Assembly (NCBI GenBank): GCA_964276515.1
Contig: OZ193910.1
Location: 4,588,001-4,652,000, forward strand
Length of the DNA stretch: 64,000 nucleotides
Direction: 5' to 3'
DNA from: Gordius albopunctatus
Taxonomy: Eukaryota
This document shows positions 50,611-63,400 of this stretch, in pieces. How positions within the stretch are numbered: the stretch's first letter is position 1; each line of letters starts with the position of its first letter. Under the pieces are notes generated by a model. The model was given only the letters and a program-made list of their open reading frames with translations. It had not been told where the DNA came from and made no database searches. The position numbers and the translations under genes are program-made.

Positions 50611-50990
50611 TAAAGATGAATTTTTTCCTGGGAATTTCGCTGGAACTTTTCTCTGTGAAAAAGGGGAAATTTTGGGAAAATATGGGAATTTAGGGGAAAT
50701 AACTGTAAAAGTGGGGAATTAAGACATTTTGTTTGCTAAAAAATGTTTAAGATGAAGATTCGTTAAAAATAAATTAGCAGTAATTAAAGTATAATGGGTT
50801 ATTTGTGGTAAAATATATTTATTACCAGTGTTAAAAATCATTATAAACATAAATGTTTTCTTATTATTTATAACTTAAAATGTATATTATTTCGGGGGAT
50901 TTGCACTAGAAAAAATCAATTTTCCCCGGGAAGTTTCTCGGGAAAAAACGGGAATTTTCACGAGAAAATTCCCATATGGGGCCATCTCTA
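50611..50990. mobile_element. hAT-like MITE related to 1795-3477
   Basis: TAAAGATG...CATCTCTA ends and GGGAAAA/TTTCCC subterminal repeats like those at 3340-3470. Confidence 0.55.
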
Positions 50991-52163
50991 GTTGATAGCA
51001 AATTATTTTATTTAAAAAGAGTACCTATTTATAAAAATTTTTAGTCGTCTTCAATTAAAATGCGATTTTAAGATGCCATTTGATAATTTCAATTTAAAAA
51101 TCATCTAAATTTAATCTAAAAATAGGGTCAATCAGGGTTCCTAGTAACTTTTTGATTTATTTTTTATACTAATAGAAATAAAAAATAAAGATTAGATCAT
51201 ATGCTCTAATCATAATTAAGTAGAGAAATGTTATGTAAAAAAATAAAAAAAATAATTTTATATAGAAAATCGTTCCCTTGGGATGGGCTGGGGCCCTAAA
51301 ATTTGGTCAGACTATTTTGGGTTTATATATTTTAATAGAATCCGCATTTAATCGTAAGCAACTAATATGCTAGCAATTAGCGTTGTAAAAAAACCAAAGG
51401 GTTTTCGACCAGGTTATGGCTAAGGTTTGGCCTTGGTCTATTTTTCAAAAAGTCCTCAAGGTCTTTATTTCTCTTTTCTTAGTCGGCCTTTAGGTTTAGC
51501 CGATATTTGGAGAAAAGACCTAAATTTTCCAACTAGGTATCAATATTAGAAATCACCCTCAACCATTGTTATAATCAAATCAGTACAATTAAAAAGCTAC
51601 CATTAATTATATTGCTGAATCTTAAAGTCACTTATAAAATTATATATTATTTTTCCCCCACCTTAAAACACCTAAGCCAAACCAAAGGTCGACTAATAAT
51701 AACAAGTAAAACCCTTTAGTTTATTAACAAAATTATGACTAAACCTAAAGTTCGACTAAGAAAACAGACCAAAAGACCTTGAGGTCTTTTTGGTTTAGTC
51801 GACTAAGACCAAATGTCAGCTTAAAAAACCCAGGTCTTTTTACATAAAAACTTTTGGGAACAAAGGAAACGTGAAAAGCTTTTAAAAAGCTTACAATTGA
51901 TAATAATAGGACAAGGTGAAATTGAAAACAAATCATTAATCCTCCTATTATTATATGTATGAAAATTCTGTATTATTATAAAATTCCGCAATTGCCCACG
52001 GCTATTCAAAAATTAGCACTTTTTATTGTAACTGTAGCTTAATGCTGTAAGTAGGAAAATGAAACGCTATTTAAACATAATGTAATTTCCCTTAAAAGAA
52101 TTTATTATTCGTATCAAGAATCAAGAGGGTATTAATGTTTTATTAAATTATAAAATTGCAAAA

Positions 52164-52709
52164 CTAAATGCTATTATCATCATCTTTTTCTTCTTCGATT
52201 TTAGATTCATCCGTTTCCGTGGAGCTATTACCTTCCATAATTTGCTTTAAAACATCTTCTCGGTTCAAAGAACAAGTTGCCAAAATAAACCTTAACATAC
52301 GCTGTACAGTCACTCTGGCTTCTGGTGTATTCCCCAAAACCTGATTAAAATATGAGCGCGTCAGGTTATATCCTATCATGTAACCTTGCTGATAGTGAAC
52401 AGAACTTAGCGCTTTGAGTGGCTCCTCAAATATGTTATCTGGGGGAATTCCTGATTTCTTGGAATTTTTGGGGGAATAAGAAAATAATTTGTGGACTTCT
52501 ATAAAAGTATCCATAGCCTCTAAATATTTCCTTAGTTTTATAAATGTTTTTAAAGTTGTGAGATCGGGATACTGTGGTCGTCCTGTCTCGACACAGGCTA
52601 ATATTTGGGTTAGGGATAAATTTGTAGAAACATTTGTATCCGTGGGCAACATCGTATCTATTATATTTAAATACCATTTGATCATAAATTGTAAATGAGA
52701 TTCGTTCAT
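52164..52709 (-). CDS. Orphan ORF, 181 aa (possibly the 3' part of a frameshifted pseudogene extending to ~52990)
   Basis: Long for this AT content, with protein-like composition and an acidic tail. An overlapping upstream ORF (52435-52824) and a hydrophobic segment near 52930-52980 lie in other frames. No family recognised. Confidence 0.4.
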   Translation of the reverse strand: MNESHLQFMIKWYLNIIDTMLPTDTNVSTNLSLTQILACVETGRPQYPDLTTLKTFIKLRKYLEAMDTFIEVHKLFSYSPKNSKKSGIPPDNIFEEPLKALSSVHYQQGYMIGYNLTRSYFNQVLGNTPEARVTVQRMLRFILATCSLNREDVLKQIMEGNSSTETDESKIEEEKDDDNSI

Positions 52710-54123
52710 TTACATGAGGTAAAGCTTGATCAACACGGCTGTTATAAACATTGTTTGAAACTAATAGTCCATTGTTGTAATGATATAAATGCCTTAATAA
52801 TTGATTTGATGAAGTATTAAGCATTTATTATTGTTAAGTTTAAGGAATTTGTTTATTGTTTCTGTACTTTACTCATCAAAGATATTAAACTTTACTAGAC
52901 TCCTTAATCTAAAAAAAATTGGATTGCAAGGTCTCTGTAGGAGCGCTAGGAGGGACAGTCCAAAAGTAGACAAAACATTTACATATTATTTACAAACTCA
53001 TGTTATTTTAAATTTTTAGGATTTTCAAGTCTTAAGAGATTTTTATCTTGATTTTGGATAATTAACAGTTATAAAATTAAAATTTGTGTAGTAATAAATA
53101 TGGTACGGGGCATTTTTATTGTGCTAGCTCTAAAGACATCTTATATAACACTTCAGACCCGGCCCGGCCTCAACCAATTTTTTTGTATTTAGAGGGGGGC
53201 AACCGCTCCTTCCTGCCCCCCCTTCTATCTTGGCCCATGTCCATAGTTGCGCACCCAGTCCTTTCTAAGTATAATTTTAATTTATGTAAATTTCCCTGCG
53301 TTAGAAGATTGCGAGCAGTGGCGTACGCAACGGGGTGGTTTTGGGTTTATTTTCTAATATCGCATTATACAATAAATATCATGAAATGAGTGTTACTTAA
53401 TTAACTATGAGCACTTATATTCGATGGCATACGCAAGGGGAGGGTTTTGGGGTTAACCCCCCCCCCCCCCCGCGAAATTTTTTTAAAACTTATGTAATGC
53501 AATACACAATTTAATAAGTACGATAGCGGCGTAATACTTAATTTTACTTAAATAAATCATGGGCGTAGCCAAGGGGGAGGGCAGGGAGGGGCGGCTGCCC
53601 TCTTCAAAATACAAAAATTTCTTGAAAGTATGGCTAAAATTTTAAAAAAGTTTATTTTTCCTTCCTTAAATCATTATTGCTGCCTTCTAATTCTAATGCT
53701 GGCTACGCCAATGAAATGAATGAATTTCTTATTAAAAAATTATTGTTGACAAGTAACACAATATTCAATTCCTATTATATTATTAAGAATAATGTTGCGA
53801 ATAAAAATATTTTACATAAGGTGACAGAACGTCAGAAATAACGCTATTAATAAATTAATAATTGTATCAACTAAGAATTTAAAAAGAATCAATTTTGGAT
53901 CTATTTTGAGTCTCAATCAGGCTTCAAAAGATTGCTGCATCTTGAATTCTACTAAAATGATCGGGCTTCTCAGATTATATTTTAAATAATTTTTTAACTG
54001 CAAAGCCCAGAAATTTAAGATTGAATTGAAAAATATGATGAATCCATTGTTTCAAAATAATATAATTTTCAACAAATTATTTATCCAAATTTTCATGGTT
54101 TTTTTCACGTATCGTATTAACAA

Positions 54124-54359
54124 CTAGTTGAACCCGGCAAACGTTGTTTTGCCATTTACCCGGGGGGTGTATTAAATTATGTTTGAATTTTAGGGCATAT
54201 ATGATGATAAAGCGGTTATTGAAGTAAAAATAAAGTTTGATGTCTATATGTTCTACTTCTATTGTTCTATTTCCGTATATAGTGCAACGCGTAGGTAGTT
54301 TTCCAAAATTGGTGGCGGCATATATATACACACACATAGTTTCATTTTTATATATAAGA
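54124..54359 (-). mobile_element. Complete non-autonomous Helitron (236 bp)
   Basis: 5' A|TCTTATATATAAAAATG; 3' hairpin GGCAAA-ACAACG-TTTGCC then CTAG|T; inserted in AT with no TSD. Confidence 0.85.
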
Positions 54360-55790
54360 TTAAATTTATTATATGCTACGAGATAATTTCAGATTCTGAA
54401 TTAATAATTTGTTTAAAATTTACAAGAGCTTAAAAACATTATTTTTTAGACGGGCATAACAAAAACACCAAGCTTGGATTGAGCTCAGCCCAATGAAAAA
54501 CAATGTGCAGGACTCTCGCCTAAGCAGGTGTTTTGATAATAACAAGTTTAGAGCCTTAAATTATCACAGGCATTAAATACTGTCAAGTTGAAAAGGGGAA
54601 ACGACTAAAAAATAATTTTATAGAGGAATTTCATGTTAGTTTTAAAAGTAGGTATTTATTATAGAGATATTTTTTTTAATTTTTAGAACAAATAAAAATA
54701 CAAAGTGAGACTTTACTCACATCAACTTAATTATGTGTTGTGTTACAATTTTTTAATAACAAATTAGCTTTTTATGTTCTCATCTTTTTTACACAGGTCT
54801 CAATAGAATTTAAAATCTAAATTTGGCTGGACAAACTCACATAAATGCTACATTATGTATAGATCTTTAATCAAATTGCAAAAAAAGATCCTATAAATTT
54901 TTTCGATAATTGAAGAAAAAATTTGAAAACCCCTCCCAAAATAAAATCCTGCCTGCACCCCTGATTGCGAGCTATTCTACAATATAGCACTGAGCCTTGG
55001 AATGAAATACACCAAAGCATATGCTTGTAAAAATCGCACACGTAACGCGTTGCACTGCAGGTTGAATAAATTCAAACATTTCTGACACTCTAAAATCAAT
55101 GGCATCATCCAGTCCGCCCTTAAAAAAGCTCAAAATCCATTCATACTTTAGCAGTCAGATCCCTCCCTTGAAGGTCAAATTGCGTACTGACGAAATAAGA
55201 TTTCACAACCATGGCTCTCGCCGAAGATCGCAAGCTCAAAAACTAAGAAGCCCTCTTGGAGTCTAGTGTTTTTATCACAATAGTTTCCTCCCGTTCAAGA
55301 TCTGATTGAATACTGACGTTGGCTTTAATAAAAAAAAATAGGCAGGCGACCCCCTCTCTCTAAATATTCACCCACATTTTTATTAAAACATAGCAATTTT
55401 AATCATAAATTTTTATTTCAATTCCTTTTTGAGTTCCTGGCCTCTTTTAAAGAGGAATATGAAGACATATTGCTCATATAGAGCTCCTTTTATATTATAT
55501 TATTATAATTGTAGTATTTTAAACTAATACTAATATGATCATATATCAATAAACTAATATTTATCAAAAAATATAAGAAAATTTAATAGCATATTATACA
55601 TTAATCTTAATTGCATTATTTATCTAAGACTGTTATTAATTAGTTTTTGATAGCGAAGCTACTTTAATAAGTTATGTGAAAGTGCAGTCATTCAGAAATA
55701 AAATAATTTATGAGGAATTGTTTAAAATTTATATAGCAGAAAATGCAAAATAAATGAAAGTGACAGTTAAGAAATTCCCAAATGTTGTAA

Positions 55791-56008
55791 TAAATATAAA
55801 CACCACTTCCATATTCATATACGGATTAAGGCCATTTAATTATATTTTTTGTCATTATTTATTTTTTATTTTAAATACTAAGAATCCATAATTATAAATA
55901 AATATAAACACCACTTCCATATTCATATACGGATTAAGCCCATTTAATTATATTTTTGTCATTATTTATTTTTTATTTTAAATACTAAGAATCCATATTT
56001 ATAAATAT
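55791..56008. repeat. 108-bp tandem duplication
   Basis: TAAATATAAACACCACTTCCATATTCATATACGGATTAAG occurs at 55791 and 55899. Confidence 0.9.
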
Positions 56009-57433
56009 AATAAGAAATTTCTCTAAAAATTATGTAGTCGATTAAACTTGATAAAAATTACAAGACCGTTTTTGGCCCGCCCAAACCCGTTAATAAACTT
56101 ATTTGGCCCGCCCGAGCCCTTTACCTAAAAATTTTTTATTTTCAAACCCCGTCCGCAACCGCCCGCGGGCCGGGTCTACCCATGCAGCTTAACTTGATTT
56201 CCCTATCATATCTTAACAAATTTTTCAGCTTGTAGTGACATACGTAACGTAAATCAAAAGATCGCACTCTATGACGTCGATTGACAGATCTGTAGCGGAT
56301 GTCAATTTCCGAGAAATCAAGTCAATACTTATATCGATTTATTTTCTAAGAATCGAATCCATTGACATCAATCGGAAGTCAATGACGTCAATTAATATTA
56401 CTTCTGGGAAACTTAATTCTGTTTTAAAAGCTTCCAGGAAAATTATCGATTTTCCAATAATAATGATTATGTATTTTATAATTATATAAAACTCAATTTG
56501 TACGCAAATATCTCAGTCGAATAATTCTAGCAAGATGAATTGTATTCTATGTTCCAAAATTATCCTCGTATAAGAGAGGAAAAGATAACAACGAGTTATC
56601 AAAAGCTATACATCCCAAGTCCTGACTATGCAAACAATTGCAGAACAAGGATTTATTCAACAGGTGATATGACTAGCAAAGAAAAAATCATAATAAATTT
56701 CTATCGTGTCCAAAGATCATATGCTTCTTTTAATTATGCACAACTCCTATTTTAACAATACGTTCATATATAAAATTTTATTTCGTATCAACAAAAAAGC
56801 AGAAACATATTGTTGAGTAATAATATATGCTGATCTGAAAAAGTTCGGTATCAGAGAGCTTTATAGTTTATATATTGTAAAAATTATCAGGGTTTAGTTT
56901 CGGATATTGAAGAGGATTAGTGCGCCCTTAAATCAAATTTCTAACTTTTAACGTTTTTTATATCATACTTTTGACAAGGTTAAATTGATACAAATGAGCT
57001 TTGATAAAGGATTCCGTTGTCGAGCCACCGACATAATCAAAATATTTCTCTTTGAGAAAACCTTATACGGATGAAGTAAAACTAATTGTATATAATTTAT
57101 AGAAAATAAATTTAACATACACATTAGCGCCTGTAGTTAAAATAATGGCCGACAAGCATTGAGTAGTAAAATAGATTCTCTTTTTTTATCTAGAAGTTTT
57201 TTAAGTGTGGACATAATAATTTTAGTTAAAGGTTATTTTCTTGTTTTCATGATAATTACCATTTTTGCCCAGCTGTCCGCGTGTTCGTATCGAGTCAAAA
57301 TTTAAGGGTCCATTACATAGTAATCTTACGATCGTAATGCCGGGTCTTTCGACCAATCAAATCGTATGTGCGCAGAGCAATACATTTTCGATTCCTAGCT
57401 GCGCACAACCATATGTATGTTAATTTTATATTA

Positions 57434-58298
57434 CAGCGTTTACCTAAACTTTTGCACTTCGTATTCCTCTCCTGCAAACTAGTAGGGGAGAAAAAGGGTA
57501 ATCCATCATACGTTTAACATGAATCGCTCATTCCCTCTCTCCCCTTCGCATGTAACACACTCCTTCCCCAACCTTACATGTTATTTAGCAACTCATACAC
57601 CATATTTTTCACTTTTTTTTATAAAATGGTCGTTTTTTGTATAAATTAGTGAATTTTTTTCAAATTTTTTCTAGTATAGTTTAAATTAATTAAGCTTAAA
57701 TTTTTTAAATGATTAATTTTTTTAATTTAAAGTTTATTCAACCTTAAAAATATTTCCTGGATGAAAATCTAATTTCACTAACTCTTTCCGTCTCCCTATA
57801 TGGCATGTAGCATGTACCTCACCCCTTTTTTACCGTGAAATGTGTTTTGGGAACTCTTGCAACTGACTCTGCGCCTTTAATAATTTTAATTTAACGACTT
57901 TTTAATTGAATTATTTGAATACCTATTGAGTAAAAATATTCAAAACTGCATCATTGTAATGGACAATGTTCCATTCCACCATTCCCTGTTAGTAAAAAAT
58001 ACCTTAGCAGCTTTTGTTCATAAAGCTTTATATTTACCACCATATTCCCCTTTTCTAAATCCTATAGAGGAGGTCTTTAAAAAAAATCACTAATTTATAC
58101 AAAAAACGACCATTTTATAAAAAAGTGCAAAATATGGTGTATGAGTTGCTAAATAACATGTAAGGTTGGGGAAGGAGTGTGTTACATGCGAAGGGGAGGG
58201 AAGGAATGAGCGATTCATGTTAAACGCTATGATGGATTACCCCTTTTCTCCCCTACTAGTGTACAGGAGATCCATACGAAGTGTTTAGGTAAACGCTG
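57434..58298 (+). mobile_element. IS630-Tc1-mariner deletion derivative with ~225-bp TIRs and a DD34E remnant
   Basis: TA|CAGCGTTTACCTAAAC...GTTTAGGTAAACGCTG|TA. Internal ~57900-58078 encodes CIIVMDNVPFHH...YLPPYSPFLNPIEEVF, with 34 residues between D and E. Confidence 0.9.
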
Positions 58299-59366
58299 TA
58301 TCAAGGAATAAAAACCTATACTGTTTATAGGAAATTATCAATATTCAAAAATTAGAATGGGAAAGCATTGTTAGGAGTATTATAGATGGTGGATTGCAGA
58401 TTGGAGTTAGTATTTATTATTTCATAAATTTATCTTTTGTTTAGTCTATTCAAATGCACAATCATCTACAAAAAAAGCACACCACTTTCTTTACCTTTAC
58501 AAATTTTAGATATAAATTCTATTACAAGTTACGAAATAGCAAATTTTTTATGAATATCTTTAGATGTTTTAGGAATGTAAGATCCCAAAACAGTACCAAT
58601 GAAATCTTCACATTAAGAACAATTCATTCAACTCTAGTAAGTTTACTCTATAAATTTTAGTCTTAACATATAAAATTCTTTGAATTTTACTATACTAATG
58701 TTGACGTATGTCAATTTTTTGCATAATATATATTTTCATTACTATATTATGTTGTCTTTATAAAGGCACTCTGTCACATATCTCCCTAGACTAGTGATTT
58801 CAAATAGTACTTTATCTTCCATAGTAAACTCATCCACTATTAAAATTGTTGATTATATATATAAAATGTCGAATTATATGTATTTACAATCTCATGATAC
58901 ACATTGTGATAAAATTGAAATAAACATCTATTTACAAATGTTGTACATATAACTATAATGGTGCCTTAGCCTAATACAAATTTAAAAAATTCATTTATGG
59001 TTGCAATTCAATGAAAATACTCTTGCAAGTAAAATTCAACTTGATTTCAAGCCCTTAGCTTTAAACAATAGCTTAAATATTATATTTATAATACTGTATT
59101 CATAAAGATATAAATCATTTTATGGGGTTTGAGAGTATAATAGAATCTGTAGCGCTAGCGGCACTAGCCCCAAATAGGGGTAAAAACAAGGGTAATTTAT
59201 AAGGCCAACCACATTTATTAATACTTAAAGTAAAAAATTACAAGAGAATAATTCTATATGAATTAACGTGTATACACCATTTAAGGTGAGATTAATATAC
59301 GTAATGTATAAATATTTTATTCAAATTGATATAATGTATTTTCATTATGTAATTACGTGGGTGAAT

Positions 59367-62100
59367 TAGAGGTGTGCACGGATCGCATCGGATTAAGATT
59401 TTAATTTTGGAATTCGGATCGGATCAACATTTGATTTTAGTAGGATCGGATCGGATCAACATTTGATTTTAGTCGGATCGGATCGGATTTTCAAATTTAA
59501 AATAAACAATAATAATTAAATTAATAATTTTTAGTATACCTTTTCATAATTATCTTTGCATTCTTTTTTTACTTTACCATTTTTGATGCCCAATACCACC
59601 TCCTCACCCCTTACTTACCCTAATATATTTATCAGTATTTCCCTAGCCTAGCGTTTTTCCCTAGCTAGACGTAGAGTAGACACGCATCTCTTTCTATTTC
59701 ATTTCAACTCAACTCCGAAAATCATCAATCACTCTCCCCTTTCCTTGAAGCACACGCGTAGCTCCTTTCCCTCTTGATTTCGGGTAATCATGAATGATGT
59801 AGCTTGCCTTCTTAGAAGCAATCTCCATGGTGCAGCAGGGGTATTGTCTGGTGTGAGTCACGCTGACTTAAGAGGAAAAAATAATGGGGGGGGGGGGTGT
59901 TGGAAATAATCATTTGGATTCGTAACAGCTAGCAAATACACCAATATTGTTTATCATATTAAAAACCGTCATGGAAGAAATAATAAAAAAATTTAAAAAA
60001 AATCTTCTCAAACAAGTTAAAAAAGAAGATAGAAAAAGTCAAATTTGGAGTTACTTTGACCTTCTAAATGAAAATGATAGATACACCGGTTATGTTATGT
60101 GCAAGAAATGCCATCATATCTACACATATAATTCCATTCGAGGTAGTTCCCATCTTTTGCATCATAAATGTATTCCAAAAAATTCAGCTAAAAATACACT
60201 TGACAAATTTGTTACCAAACCTCTCGCTGAAATCACAAAATTAAAAAAAAATTTGAAAAACATATAATTTATTTTATTTCAAAAGATATTCGACCGTTTT
60301 CAATCGTTAACGGGGAAGGATTTAGAGCAATGCTCCAAGAAGCTCTGAATATTGGTGCCATTCATGGTCATATAAACGTTGATGAATTACTTTCAGATAG
60401 GACTACCTGTAGGAATACAGCAAAACTTGCAGATGTAAGTAGAGAAGCATTAATATTAAAGTTACTCCTCCATTTAAAAGCAAAATCATGCTCAGCCACT
60501 CTCGACCTCTGGACAGATGACTTTGTCAAAATAAACTACTTAACAATTTCTTTACATTATATATCCCTCGGAATCCTACATAAGCATATTCTTTTCACTT
60601 CAAAAATAGACGTTGAAAAAAAAACAGGGGAAAATATTTTAAGAGAAATATCTGTAAATTTTGAAAAACTTCACATCCGTACGGAATACATGAGATTGAT
60701 AACTTACGTTACCGATCAGGGTTCTAACATGGTCAATGCCTTGCAAAATCATAAGCGAATGAATTGCACGTCTCATTTACTAAATACAGTACTACGAAAC
60801 GTATTCAATAAAAATGCTTTTACATTCCATTACCCTCAAATTAATGACTTGATACAAGCATGCAAAAAGCTAACGACATATATGAAACAAAGTGGCAAAA
60901 ATAAATATGTAAATCATACATTGCATCAAGCAATAGAAACAAGATGGAACTCCAGACTCGACATGTTTGAGAGCATATTTTGAAGGAGTATAAGGAACTG
61001 ATAACATATCTAACTTCTATTGATATGCCGGAGAAGATAGATGTGATTGATAAAAATTTGCTGACCAAACTAATAGAAGTACTCCGGGCGTTTAAAACGG
61101 CTTCTTTAGTTCTGGAAGCTGATCAACACCCAACCTTTCACAATATATTGATTCAATATTACCAATTACTCAGTGATCTTTCACAATCAGACCACGAGCA
61201 AACTGAGGATTTTGAAGAACATCACAAAATTAATGATATTAAAAAAGATATTTGTACCACCCTCAAGTCAAAATTTCTAATCACTCAACAACATAAAATT
61301 GCCACATTTTTAGGCCCAAATTATCGCCAACTCAGGATGCTCCCCCCAAATGAGCGAGTAGGCGTAATTAATGAAATAAGATCCACACTAGCGTCTAAGG
61401 ATTTTTTGGTAGATTCTGCAGCTGAGATTGAAAATTATGCGGCAAGTAGTAGTGATAGTCAGCCTCAAAAAAAAGACAAAAATGTAATTAACATACATTT
61501 AAATATGTATTATGTATATATATTTTTTACATAAAATAAATTATTTAATTTATATTTTAAAATAGTTAATCAATGAGAAGATGAGCAGGAAGAAGATAAA
61601 GCCCCCGATAAAATCTCAATTTACCTTTCGTTAAAAAATGAAGATTCCAAATATGATTCAAAAAAAGATTTGCTGAAATGGTGGGTTTCATATCAAACAG
61701 TCCTGCCAAGGCTTTATAAGCTGGCAAATAAAGTTTTAGCTATACCTGCTACCTCTACCACTTCGAAAAGAAATTTCTCGGTGGCTGGAAGAACATTAGA
61801 AGCAGAAGAACGCGAATTAAACCAGAAAATTTAGATACTTTATTATTTTTATATGATAATATAGAATTAGTCAAATAAAATTTTTTATTTATTTCAGGTC
61901 TATTAAAATTGCATTACCTTATTTTTATGTATTTTGAATTTAATCATCAATAAAAAGTTATTTTCGTAAAATTTTAATTAAAAAAACTCGGATCGGATCG
62001 GATTTAGATTTCAAAAAACTAGGATCGGATGGATATAAAATTTTTCAAAAACCCCTCGGATCTGATCGGATAAAAAAAATTTGATCCGTGCACACCTCTA
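59367..62100 (+). mobile_element. Near full-length hAT (Hermes/hobo-like) transposon with a disrupted transposase
   Basis: 18-bp TIR TAGAGGTGTGCACGGATC; TSD GGGTGAAT/GGGTAAAT; TCGGA subterminal repeats. BED finger (IWSYF...CKKC...HLLHHKC), DLWTDD, TDQGSNM, CTSH, TRWNS, and a C-terminal exon (~61566-61878, WW...LAIPATST). Frameshifts at ~60250, ~60980 and ~61805. Confidence 0.93.
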
Positions 62101-62398
62101 GGGTAAATAATAACTTACGTAAATTTGTGTATTCAAATTATAAAGATTTGAGAGGCGTCATATATTCAAATTGAGATAAAGTATTTACATTGTGTAATTA
62201 CGCGGGTGAATAATAATTCACGTAAATTATGTGTATTCAAATTATGGCAATTTGAAAGGCGCCATAAATCTTTTTTTTATTTTTAGAATATAGAAGTATT
62301 TGTAATTAAACTTATGTGCAAATTATTAAAACCTTATATTCTTATTGCAATTTTTATCTACTTTAATGTAAACATATTTTAAGTCTATACTTTATGAT

Positions 62399-62965
62399 TA
62401 GAGCTGGTAAAAATTTCTTTTAAAAAGGAACTTGTCAAGTTCCAGTTCCTTTGCCTAAAATGGAACTAATTCCAGTTCCTAGTTCCTCATTTTAAAAAGG
62501 AACTAGTTCCAGTTCCTTTTTTAAATTTTCTTTTAAATGTACAAACATCTTTTATTAATTCATAAAACCAATATATTATATATTACAATTTATAAAAATC
62601 ATCAGGTAATAAATGTTTATTTGATTTTAACAAAATATTATTTTCAAAGTTGTCATCTAAAAAACATGTTAGCTTGTCTCCAAATAAAATTTTGCCCAAG
62701 CTAAATAATCTTTCCACAGGAGCACTTGATGGTAATGGCCTATTATATTTAATGAATATTTTTTTAATCGGGAAAACTGTCTAAAAGACTTAAATTTCGG
62801 TTATTAGAAATCAAAAAACTTTCAATTGATTCATTCTTTTCATCATTTTTTAATTCAAAAAAATCCATTTCTGATAATCTAGGTCCAGCCTGTTGAGATT
62901 TAGGAACAAACAAATTGATATCCTCTAAAATATTTGCTGAACTAGTTCAAGGGAACTAATTTCTT
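62399..62965 (-). mobile_element. hAT relic (C-terminal domain fragment)
   Basis: The - strand at ~62640-62775 reads FPIKKIFIKYNRPLPSSAPVERLFSLG. TAGAGCTGG terminus and AACTAGTTCC subterminal repeats. Confidence 0.75.
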
Positions 62966-63116
62966 TAACAGCTATATTTATTATATAGAGTTATTAAGTG
63001 TATATGTTACATACATGTTGTTGAGCATTTACTATGATATTTAATGTTTTGAATATTTATAATTGATCTTGTCATAAAATTATACATTTCATATAACGAA
63101 GTGCATATATTACACA

Positions 63117-63400
63117 TCTTATATATAAAAATGAAACTATGTATGTATGTTTTTATGTATGCCGCCACAAATTTTGGAGAACTACTAGACCGATTTGGCA
63201 CAAAATTTCATAATTTATTCCCCACACTCCGGAGCATGTTTTAAGATATGTACGAGCCAAATCGGTCCAGTAGCTTTCAAAATATTTTATTTTATACGTT
63301 TTGACGTTAAAATGTCAATCAAACGCAACCTCATGACGTACTACCTATCTAAATGAAACTATATGTGTGTGTGTGCATGCGAGTAGGTAGTGTTTTAGTG
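63117..63400 (+). mobile_element. Helitron 5' portion (same family as 54124-54359)
   Basis: A|TCTTATATATAAAAATGAAACTATGT...GCCGCCAC..ATTTTGGA matches the 5' end of the 54-kb copy. The 3' end was not found. Confidence 0.7.

Noticed and set aside
54960..55320. GC-richer coding-like patch on the - strand
   Set aside because: Multiple stops and no recognisable motif; probably decayed TE sequence and cannot be assigned.
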